This document shows, piece after piece, positions 26,647 to 33,952 of a stretch of DNA of 33,952 nt; the stretch's first letter is position 1, and each line of letters starts with the position of its first letter. The DNA lies in the IMG/VR virus record IMGVR_UViG_3300027188_000006, positions 1 to 33,952 of that record. One strand, 5' to 3'. The notes under the pieces are model-generated. The model saw nothing but the letters and a program-made list of their open reading frames with translations. It did not search any database and was not told where the DNA came from. The position numbers and the translations under genes are program-made. Origin of the DNA: a virus (lineage: Duplodnaviria > Caudoviricetes).

Positions 26647-29600
26647 TTATTCGCCCAATAATTCTGATGCTACGATACTGGATATAATTTTAACATCTTC
26701 TGATGTTGTTATACTCAAGAATATTTCTGTAGGTTCACTACTAATACTTAGCAAGTTTGTAAACTCACTCGTTTGATATTTGGGTGTGATCACCACTGAA
26801 GAAATATAATTAGGTAATGATGTATGTATATAAGATGCTAATTCGGAAAAGTAGAATGTCTCGCCGAAATCCCAATTGTCTATATCAAAGAATGTATTGA
26901 CTGCATTTGCTACTGAAGTTTTTATTTCACTATCGCTGTATGATGTGCCTAATTTTTTAACAACTTTGAACACTGCTTGATTTTCTGATGCAGCGAATGA
27001 GCCAAATAGATATTTAAACTTAACAGGTATATAACTAATATGATCTGATATACTTGCTTTAGGATTAATACTTTCCATAATCTTAGTTAGTTCAAAGTTA
27101 TTTGGCGCCAATGGAACTATATCAGAGAAACCACCATCTATCCATGCGTTTACTCTTCTGACATAATCAGTGCCTAGTACATACATATCAATGATATTAC
27201 TTGTACTTGGATCAATTCTCTTATCAATGTCAGCATAGTGATCCCATCTGAATGTCATGAATTTATCTTCAACATAACTTCTGCCTATAACAACTCTATA
27301 TTGATTACCAGCATAAATTATTTTATCCTTTGCAGGAGAGTTTACAAGTGTATATTGGCTAGTGGGCAATTCTTCCCATCCTGAACCGGAACGTCTTTGC
27401 CATTCACCTTCATTAATATCAAGATCGTCACTTTCTATATAGAATCTAATTACTGCTGTTTCTGGTATTCTATCAGACTGTGCTTGGTTTGTAGCTACAA
27501 TTCTATCACTAACACGTTCATATACAATATTATCAACGTCTGTATATTGTTCTAAAACAATATGAGAGAATTCTACTTCAGATACATCGCCTAACTCATC
27601 ATTATCTACATTATCTAAATTAGTAAATACTTGTAGCATACCATGTGGGTTACGATCAATATTCATACTTGTTAATTTAACTTTTGTGTAATCAACATAA
27701 CCTGCTGGGGTGATATATGAATCATACACATATGATTCTACATCAGCATATGATTGTAGTCTGTCTGCATCTATCGGTAATAGACTGCGCTCCACTCTTA
27801 CTAAGAAATCTGAGAATACCGCAGTTCCCCCAATGCTTCTAACATTAATACTGTTACCAATACCAGGATCAACTGTCCAGAAAATAATTTTATATGAACC
27901 ATTATTTTCTATTGTTTCATAATCGATTTTATTAATTACATTATTATTAATATCTGTCAATACTAAATTATTAATACTAATATTTTCTGCAGGGAAGTTT
28001 ATTTCACCAAACGCAAATTGTTTCCAATATACATCATTGTCAGGATTATCAGGGTCATCTTCAGACTCGTTATGATTTCTTATTGACCATCCATTTGCAG
28101 ACATATCAGTAAATGTAAATTCATAATTCGAGCCATCAAATGATCTACCAAACTCAGTTTGTACACCATTATCACCTGTTATTGCGGTATCTATCGTTTT
28201 ACCAACTGGCAATTCTGATGTGTCAACCCACGCAAAATTATTAGGATATGCAAGATCGAAATATGCATTAGTTAAGTTACCTTTAAACCCTTCAAGTTCA
28301 AAATCAGATTGTGTATAAGAACTTGTGTATGTAAAGCCATTTGGTACATTACCACTATCTTCAATTATTACTACTGCATTTGAATATACATATTTGTCAC
28401 TATCATCTATTAAGTTATTAGATTCATAATCATTAAGACTTAATAATTCACTTAGACCATCTTTATCATAACTAACAGTATATTCTGGGGTATCACCGAT
28501 AACAGTGTCAGATGACGGCGCAACAGGAGCAATTGGATATTCCACTCCCAGAGGCGATATAAGTATGTGCCGAGTACTTGTTGCAGTATATGCAGATGTA
28601 TTGTTAACTAAGTTATGTGTAATCACTGCTCCAGTTTCAGCAAAATCTGCATCAAATGTTACGGTATTATCACCAGGTTCTACCACATTACTAACTTGTG
28701 CAGTGCCTATGTTAATTAATTCTTCAAGTCCACTAGATGCATCACTGGCAACTGTAGTATAATATTTTAAAAATAGTTTATCACGTTCTGCTAAACTAGT
28801 TTCATTATCTACAACTAATTTATTATTGTTATAAAAGAATTTTACTTGTTTTTTACTATCGAATACTATTTTCTTACCTGTAAATTTAGCAACATATTCT
28901 GCTTCATTTTCTCTAACACCTGGAACATATGTAAATGTTATGTAAACATCTTTTCCTTCTACTAATGGAACATCATTTACTTCATCGTGTAATTTCCATT
29001 CCCAAACAGATGTATTACTTTTTGGAACATATTTTAAAATAAAGCTCTGAACTGACAAATCTTCTATTTTATTAATTTTAATATCTTTTATTTCATCTGC
29101 TTCAAATCGTGTTCTATATGTACGTACTATTTTTTCAATACTACCAGTAGTTTCGGGTAGAATATTTTCAATATAATATGAATCAACTGCTGATCCTGCA
29201 ACACTGCTTTCGATGTTTTTAATTTTAGTCCAAGATAATTCTTTTTCATTGTTACTCTGAGTTAAAATATGATCACCAGGATACAAAAATACGGTGCTTA
29301 ATGAAGTTGATGTTACTGTATCAATGATACTAACATTGGTACTACGCACTGTAAAATTTAAATTTGGCGCTAAGATAGTAGATGCTGGATTATACATATT
29401 TTCAAAATAATATAAATTCATCAAGCTTGGATGCTTTAATACTTCAGTAATTTTATTTCTAATGAAATTATCAATCTGACCATTCTGGCGATTAAAACTT
29501 AGATTCATTGTTATAATGTCATCTTCTAAGAATACACTACCGTCAGTACCAGTTGCACTTAAATTACTATGATTACCAGTAACATCATCCATTTCGAAGA

Positions 29601-30990
29601 AACGAGATTTACCAGAGAATGTAGTATTAATTGCTTTTGATTTTGATATAACGTTTGCACCAAGAGTGAGAGGATAGATATTATAATCCTGTGCGTTTAC
29701 CATTCTATCCTGTGCATAATATGCTCTTGGTGCAATACGTCTAACACTTTCGAATGTTTCAGCAGCATAGTTTTCACTGAAGTCGCTTGTTGTTGTCATT
29801 GTTATTGTTAGATCATATGGACGATCATCACCGCCAATATATGGTATAGTGATTGCAACTTCTGTTATATCATTTGCGTTTACAGTGAAATTTTCATTTG
29901 CGGTTTGTCTATACCAAATACGATAATTACCGTATGCAGCATTACCAAAAATACCATCGGGGAAATTAATTGCGATACTATTGTCAATATTAGTAGTGAC
30001 ACTCGCTAGATCGCCACTGCCTGTTCTTAAAGAATTATATATAGCAGTTTCTCTACTATCATTGTCAACAGTTGTTACAGAAGATGTATAACTTCTATTA
30101 CTATCTGTGCGCTGAATCCAAACATCTGTATTTGATATATCTGTAACATCAATATTTTGGGTTCTATTAGACAGTTTCAAATCATATGTATAATCACTAA
30201 AGTTCATTTCTCCTGCTTTTGCATAGATAAAAAATCCAGTTCTATCACTTGCAGGACCTAGGTTATCATTACGATTAATGACTGTGAAATTTTTAGAAAC
30301 TTTTGGTTCTGCTTCACCAATAATTTCATCTACTATTTCTACCTTAGTAGTTTCAAATTTTCTACTACTACCAGCAATATCTGCTGTAAAAGGATAATTA
30401 AAACGTTTAGTCAGAGGGTTTTCATTAATCTCATATATATTATTTTCGATGCCTAGAAAATTTAGAGTTGCAGTTGGGTCTTGTACTTTTGAATTTTTAG
30501 AAAACGATGAGTCTAATATTGTTATAAAGTTTTCATACCAATCAGCATTATTTGCATCATTCCAATTTACTGTGGTATTTGCTAAAGAGTTGCCTTCATT
30601 ATCTGCTACATCTTGGTTTGTAGTGACACTGGTAATTTTCATATAACCACGTGCGTTAATGGGGCGAGTTTTAATATAACCTAGATTCTTTGCCATACGA
30701 AGAATTGATTCACGGCGTTCAGCAGTATCTAAGAAATTTTCTCTGGTATTCATATCAAGTCTAAAGGAAAGTGAATGCCCTAGATACGCAACCAAATCTA
30801 AGATTGCAATAAATTCAGAACTGGAAATAAAATCATTAAATTTATCTGGGTATGTTTGCTGTACATACGCAAGTAATGCTTCGCGTATCGTGTCAAAATC
30901 ATATGCTTTCAAACTAATATTAGTGTATGCTGTATAAACTGCACTCCAACTTTCACTAGCGAATAAGTTATCAACTCTTTCTTGGCTCAT
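26647..30990 (-). CDS. Baseplate wedge subunit, T4 gp6-like (enlarged, 1447 aa)
   Basis: N-terminal YDFDTIREAL..F.DF..SS...ILDLVAY..ENFLDTAERRESILRMAKNLGY; ETFESVRRIAPRAYYAQDRMVNAQDY; C-terminal FGETFYFSEL; adjacent to a gp25-like gene. Confidence 0.88.
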   Translation of the reverse strand: MSQERVDNLFASESWSAVYTAYTNISLKAYDFDTIREALLAYVQQTYPDKFNDFISSSEFIAILDLVAYLGHSLSFRLDMNTRENFLDTAERRESILRMAKNLGYIKTRPINARGYMKITSVTTNQDVADNEGNSLANTTVNWNDANNADWYENFITILDSSFSKNSKVQDPTATLNFLGIENNIYEINENPLTKRFNYPFTADIAGSSRKFETTKVEIVDEIIGEAEPKVSKNFTVINRNDNLGPASDRTGFFIYAKAGEMNFSDYTYDLKLSNRTQNIDVTDISNTDVWIQRTDSNRSYTSSVTTVDNDSRETAIYNSLRTGSGDLASVTTNIDNSIAINFPDGIFGNAAYGNYRIWYRQTANENFTVNANDITEVAITIPYIGGDDRPYDLTITMTTTSDFSENYAAETFESVRRIAPRAYYAQDRMVNAQDYNIYPLTLGANVISKSKAINTTFSGKSRFFEMDDVTGNHSNLSATGTDGSVFLEDDIITMNLSFNRQNGQIDNFIRNKITEVLKHPSLMNLYYFENMYNPASTILAPNLNFTVRSTNVSIIDTVTSTSLSTVFLYPGDHILTQSNNEKELSWTKIKNIESSVAGSAVDSYYIENILPETTGSIEKIVRTYRTRFEADEIKDIKINKIEDLSVQSFILKYVPKSNTSVWEWKLHDEVNDVPLVEGKDVYITFTYVPGVRENEAEYVAKFTGKKIVFDSKKQVKFFYNNNKLVVDNETSLAERDKLFLKYYTTVASDASSGLEELINIGTAQVSNVVEPGDNTVTFDADFAETGAVITHNLVNNTSAYTATSTRHILISPLGVEYPIAPVAPSSDTVIGDTPEYTVSYDKDGLSELLSLNDYESNNLIDDSDKYVYSNAVVIIEDSGNVPNGFTYTSSYTQSDFELEGFKGNLTNAYFDLAYPNNFAWVDTSELPVGKTIDTAITGDNGVQTEFGRSFDGSNYEFTFTDMSANGWSIRNHNESEDDPDNPDNDVYWKQFAFGEINFPAENISINNLVLTDINNNVINKIDYETIENNGSYKIIFWTVDPGIGNSINVRSIGGTAVFSDFLVRVERSLLPIDADRLQSYADVESYVYDSYITPAGYVDYTKVKLTSMNIDRNPHGMLQVFTNLDNVDNDELGDVSEVEFSHIVLEQYTDVDNIVYERVSDRIVATNQAQSDRIPETAVIRFYIESDDLDINEGEWQRRSGSGWEELPTSQYTLVNSPAKDKIIYAGNQYRVVIGRSYVEDKFMTFRWDHYADIDKRIDPSTSNIIDMYVLGTDYVRRVNAWIDGGFSDIVPLAPNNFELTKIMESINPKASISDHISYIPVKFKYLFGSFAASENQAVFKVVKKLGTSYSDSEIKTSVANAVNTFFDIDNWDFGETFYFSELASYIHTSLPNYISSVVITPKYQTSEFTNLLSISSEPTEIFLSITTSEDVKIISSIVASELLGE

Positions 30991-30991
30991 T

Positions 30992-31351
30992 TTATTCTCT
31001 TTCTAAATTTACTGTAAGTTCAACGTGTTCACCAGTTGGAATGATAGAAACTGATAATTTTATGTTTAAACTGTGGTCATCTTCTGATATAGTAAGTGTG
31101 TTAATCGTTACTCTAGGATCTTCATCAATAATAGAATTTATGTCAATATCAATTATATCTTTAATTTCTGGTGTCAATGGTTCAAAAATTAAGTCGTGAA
31201 TAATACTACCATATGTTGGCATCATAACACGCTCACCTTTACGTGTCATCAAATGATTCATCAAATCTTCAATAATCAAATCTTTGCCATAAAGATTGTG
31301 ATTAATTGCTTTTTTATTTTTAGTACTAAATCCTGCAAAATTAACTGCCAT
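30992..31351 (-). CDS. Baseplate wedge subunit, T4 gp25-like
   Basis: LMTRKGERVMMPTYGSIIHDLIFEPL..DPRV is the gp25/GPW signature; ATG 31351 preferred over TTG 31363. Confidence 0.9.
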   Translation of the reverse strand: MAVNFAGFSTKNKKAINHNLYGKDLIIEDLMNHLMTRKGERVMMPTYGSIIHDLIFEPLTPEIKDIIDIDINSIIDEDPRVTINTLTISEDDHSLNIKLSVSIIPTGEHVELTVNLERE

Positions 31352-31382
31352 TGGTTCTCTCAATTTTAAATATTTTGTTAAG

Positions 31383-31394
31383 AGTATTTATCAT
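31383..31394 (-). promoter_or_regulatory. Putative late promoter ATGATAAATACT
   Basis: About 32 bp upstream of the gp25-like ATG; identical to 17325-17336. Confidence 0.65.
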
Positions 31395-31420
31395 CGTATA
31401 AACTACGTATATTTGAAAAA

Positions 31421-31454
31421 AGTGCTTGACAAGCACTATTTTTTAATATAATAT
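31421..31454 (+). promoter_or_regulatory. Sigma70-type promoter with -35 embedded in an inverted repeat
   Basis: TTGACA 31426-31431; TAATAT at 17 bp (31449-31454) or TATAAT at 15 bp; palindrome AGTGCTT-GAC-AAGCACT (31421-31437); AGGAG RBS before 31477. Confidence 0.65.
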
Positions 31455-31476
31455 TAATATATTAGGAGTATTATCA

Positions 31477-31680
31477 ATGAAGGATAAAGATAAAATAATA
31501 CAACTGGCACCTTTTCAGAAAAGTAATGGAGTATTACCAATGCAAATAATAACTACAGAAGAAATGTTTCAGTTAGAAATAAATGAACTTCAGAAAAATT
31601 TGTATGCTGCATATGACCGAATTACCGAACTGAAAGAAGAAATACGAAAACTTGAATCTACAAAAACAAATAAGGAATAA
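31477..31680 (+). CDS. Small coiled-coil hypothetical protein (67 aa)
   Basis: AGGAG RBS; heptad-like C-terminus LEINELQKNLYAAYDRITELKEEIRKLE; co-oriented with clpP. Confidence 0.7.
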   Translation: MKDKDKIIQLAPFQKSNGVLPMQIITTEEMFQLEINELQKNLYAAYDRITELKEEIRKLESTKTNKE

Positions 31681-31683
31681 TTA

Positions 31684-32283
31684 ATGCCAACTCTAGTACC
31701 AATGGTTGTAGACCAATCTGCTAATGGTGAACGAAGTTATGATATCTTCTCTCGGCTTCTTAAAGAACGTGTTATATTTTTAACTGGTGAAGTCAATGAC
31801 TACCAAGCAGATTTACTATGTGCACAATTTCTATTTTTAGAAAGTGAAAATCCAGAAAAAGATATCCATTTTTATATTAACTCTCCGGGTGGCGCAGTAA
31901 CCGCTGGTATGGCAATATATGATACTATGCAATTTATTAAGCCAGATGTCAGTACGACTGTAATGGGACAAGCATGTTCTATGGGATCACTATTGGCAAC
32001 TGCTGGTGCAGCAGGAAAACGATATATTTTACCAAATGCCAGGCATATGATTCATCAGCCAAGCGGTGGTGCTGGCGGTCAAGCAACTGATATGGAAATT
32101 CAAGTTAAAGAAATCTTAAAGATGAAAAGGTCACTAACAGAAATTTATGTTAAACATAATAGTGCTAACAAAACACTAGATGATATGCTTGCAGCAATGG
32201 AACGTGACAACTTTATGAATCCAACTGAAGCTCTTAACTTTGGCTTAGTAGATGAAGTTATTACGCATCGTCCTGAACTTTAA
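31684..32283 (+). CDS. clpP: ATP-dependent Clp protease proteolytic subunit
   Basis: [32 protein letters not shown], catalytic Ser (GQACSMGS), His (MIHQPSGG) and Asp (MERDNFM) all present. Confidence 0.97.
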   Translation: MPTLVPMVVDQSANGERSYDIFSRLLKERVIFLTGEVNDYQADLLCAQFLFLESENPEKDIHFYINSPGGAVTAGMAIYDTMQFIKPDVSTTVMGQACSMGSLLATAGAAGKRYILPNARHMIHQPSGGAGGQATDMEIQVKEILKMKRSLTEIYVKHNSANKTLDDMLAAMERDNFMNPTEALNFGLVDEVITHRPEL

Positions 32284-32921
32284 CTAAATCCAGGCACATA
32301 ACTCCACATTTTGGCAGTTTCAATTCTTAAAGCGGCAAGTCGGTCATCGACTCTGCCGTTTTCTCTTTTTATACTTGTTTGTATTTCATCAGTAATATCA
32401 TACCATTGTCTGTTGTTAATGAGTTTAATGATAGGACTATTTTCTATCTCACTTACACCTTCATAATAAAAATAATGAATGAGTGCATCATATTGTGGCT
32501 GACCTAATGGTTCATGAACAAATTTTTCTAAAACATTACCAATTGCTCTTAATTGTTTCTCAAGTATTAGTTGTGCTGATGCAATTGTTATCTTTGCAGT
32601 TTCAATTGAAATACGTTGAGAAGCAACAGTTATATAACCATATTTAATCTCAACATCTGGAATTTCATAGTTATAGCCTATAATATTTCTGCCATTTATT
32701 GTCAGTGACGGAATAGTATCCTTTATAATACTATTTTTACTCAAATTAGAAAAAACCAATTGATTTACTGGAAAGGATATTACATTAGTGTAGGATAGGG
32801 TATATGTTGGCATTGAATTAACGTCATATCCTGTTCCTAAATATGTACCGTATGGAGTAATAACATGCAATGGCAACTGTATATAATTTAAAAGTGATCC
32901 TTTTTTCTTATCATAAATCAT
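32280..32921 (-). CDS. Lysozyme-fold (GH24-like) protein, possibly catalytically degenerate
   Basis: [36 protein letters not shown] resemble phage lysozyme motifs (TIGYG, L.Q.QFDALVSF.YN.G, GL..RR..E); ATG 32921 has an AGGAG RBS. Confidence 0.6.
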   Translation of the reverse strand: MIYDKKKGSLLNYIQLPLHVITPYGTYLGTGYDVNSMPTYTLSYTNVISFPVNQLVFSNLSKNSIIKDTIPSLTINGRNIIGYNYEIPDVEIKYGYITVASQRISIETAKITIASAQLILEKQLRAIGNVLEKFVHEPLGQPQYDALIHYFYYEGVSEIENSPIIKLINNRQWYDITDEIQTSIKRENGRVDDRLAALRIETAKMWSYVPGFS

Positions 32922-32922
32922 T

Positions 32923-33952
32923 TTATGCTCTCCTAGTAGGAGGCGAATATTTCCAACCGCCTTCATCTCTTGCCTGTTTCAGCCAACCAGGCGCACTTCT
33001 CCAACTATGTGTCTTGCCCCACATACCCTGATCATTTCTATATGTTGCGATATCAACATGTACGCCAACACCACCCATATATCCCTCTCCTGCACCTACC
33101 GCATTTGCTCCAGCAAGAAAACATTCTCTTGCAAATTTTTTCATAATTCCAGTATCTCTTCGCACTGATAATTTTCCACTTTCTTTGTCAGCCGATGATT
33201 TATATAACCAAACATCTGCAGCAAATCCATTATCGTGACCTGTGCCGCCAGTTCTTCTAGTACCTCTACCCTCCTGATCTTGACCACCAGAAAATATAAC
33301 TAATTCAACCCCTGTTGCTTTTGCTGCCGTTTCTAGTATAGAAAATAGTTTTGGTTGAATTGGTTTATTTCGTATCTGCCCAGAGAAGTTAGCCGAGTAA
33401 GTTACTGTTCCTGTACCACCAGCCACTTGTTCCTCTATACTTTGATCATTAATTTGTTGTTGTTCGGCTGTAGAATCTGCAGAATTTGCGCCTGCACTAT
33501 TTAAATTAGGCTTCGTAGCAGGTATTTGTCCGCCATTTGCACTTCCAGTTGCACCTGAACCCGAACTTGTATTAGCAGGAGCAGGTTTTCTACGCATCAT
33601 TGGTTCATGCGATACCATAGTTGACATGATACTTTCATCTATTTTAGAACTTTCTAGGTTTTGTATATCATTGTGTGACACTGTACTAAGTCCAGGTGAT
33701 TTTGCTGCTTGTGGTCCATTCAAATGTAGAATACCTCCCGTCGAAACATACATATTACTTCCTACTTTTATATTATTACTGCCAGCACTATCATAAAACT
33801 GCGAACCTTCACTTTTTATATGTGTTTGATTTCCACTGTTAACAGCAAAATTATTACCAGATTTTATGTTTATTTTTTCGCCTGATTCTATATTAATATT
33901 TTGGTCTGCGCGTAAGTTGAAATCCTTTTCCGTGCGCATACTTAATGATCCT
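32923..33952 (-). CDS. Baseplate hub/spike (gp5-like) C-terminal part with peptidase M15-like domain; 5' end outside window
   Basis: Frame stays open to the window end (GSLS-MRTEKDFNLRAD); beta-helix-type repeats (NINIESGEKINIKSG...), low-complexity linker, then SGGQ..HDNGFAAD..VHVD zinc-peptidase motifs. Confidence 0.75.
   Translation of the reverse strand, partial: GSLSMRTEKDFNLRADQNINIESGEKINIKSGNNFAVNSGNQTHIKSEGSQFYDSAGSNNIKVGSNMYVSTGGILHLNGPQAAKSPGLSTVSHNDIQNLESSKIDESIMSTMVSHEPMMRRKPAPANTSSGSGATGSANGGQIPATKPNLNSAGANSADSTAEQQQINDQSIEEQVAGGTGTVTYSANFSGQIRNKPIQPKLFSILETAAKATGVELVIFSGGQDQEGRGTRRTGGTGHDNGFAADVWLYKSSADKESGKLSVRRDTGIMKKFARECFLAGANAVGAGEGYMGGVGVHVDIATYRNDQGMWGKTHSWRSAPGWLKQARDEGGWKYSPPTRRA

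Noticed and set aside
930-30646. Many short opposite-strand or alternate-frame ORFs in the track (e.g. 930-1160, 1488-1775, 2477-2692, 7581-7877, 15983-16321, 20045-20461, 23862-24050, 30449-30646)
   Set aside because: They lie inside longer motif-bearing genes, lack clear RBS and read as shadow translations.
17353-30990. Inteins or introns explaining the giant ORFs
   Set aside because: No intein terminal motifs or LAGLIDADG blocks recognised; extra length is accounted for by repeats and beta-rich insertions.
31684-32283. clpP as a sign of bacterial chromosome or prophage boundary
   Set aside because: Flanked on both sides by phage baseplate genes with no tig/clpX context.
1-33952. CRISPR array, tRNA, rRNA, IS element or integrase
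   Set aside because: Intergenic gaps are all short and show no repeat-spacer or cloverleaf pattern; no transposase or recombinase motifs seen.
1-33952. Stop-codon reassignment
   Set aside because: Very long ORFs are intact under the standard code and genes tile the window; TAA, TAG and TGA all appear as stops at gene junctions.
26647-33952. Type VI secretion or extracellular contractile injection system
   Set aside because: T4 gp6-like wedge, late-promoter-like motifs and phage-style gene packing fit a phage; no membrane complex or ATPase genes seen.

Overview
AT-rich, gene-dense segment of a large contractile-tailed (T4-like baseplate) bacteriophage genome, probably a jumbo myovirus; standard genetic code fits, and no tRNA, rRNA or CRISPR was seen. 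Right half (15541-33952, minus strand) is a baseplate/tail module: a gp5-like hub/spike (truncated by the window end) with a C-terminal M15-type peptidase, a degenerate lysozyme-fold protein, gp25-like and gp6-like wedge proteins, a 3096-aa structural protein with internal repeats, and two smaller structural proteins. Directly downstream (2168-15466) is a 13-kb co-oriented tailoring-enzyme cluster with its own sigma70-type promoter. It encodes three glycosyltransferase-like proteins, an unannotated 59-aa peptide (DWKLWE), four consecutive radical SAM enzymes (one cobalamin-binding, one domain-permuted, one with an LRV-like N-terminus), a cytidylyltransferase, a sulfotransferase and an SGNH-like protein. 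This cluster is the best candidate for an undescribed system (virion/host-surface glycan tailoring or phage RiPP-like chemistry). Two plus-strand cassettes (three small genes; a small coiled-coil gene plus clpP) interrupt the minus-strand run, each behind a sigma70 promoter set back-to-back with a GATAAATA late-promoter-like motif. All family calls come from motif recognition by eye, not database searches.
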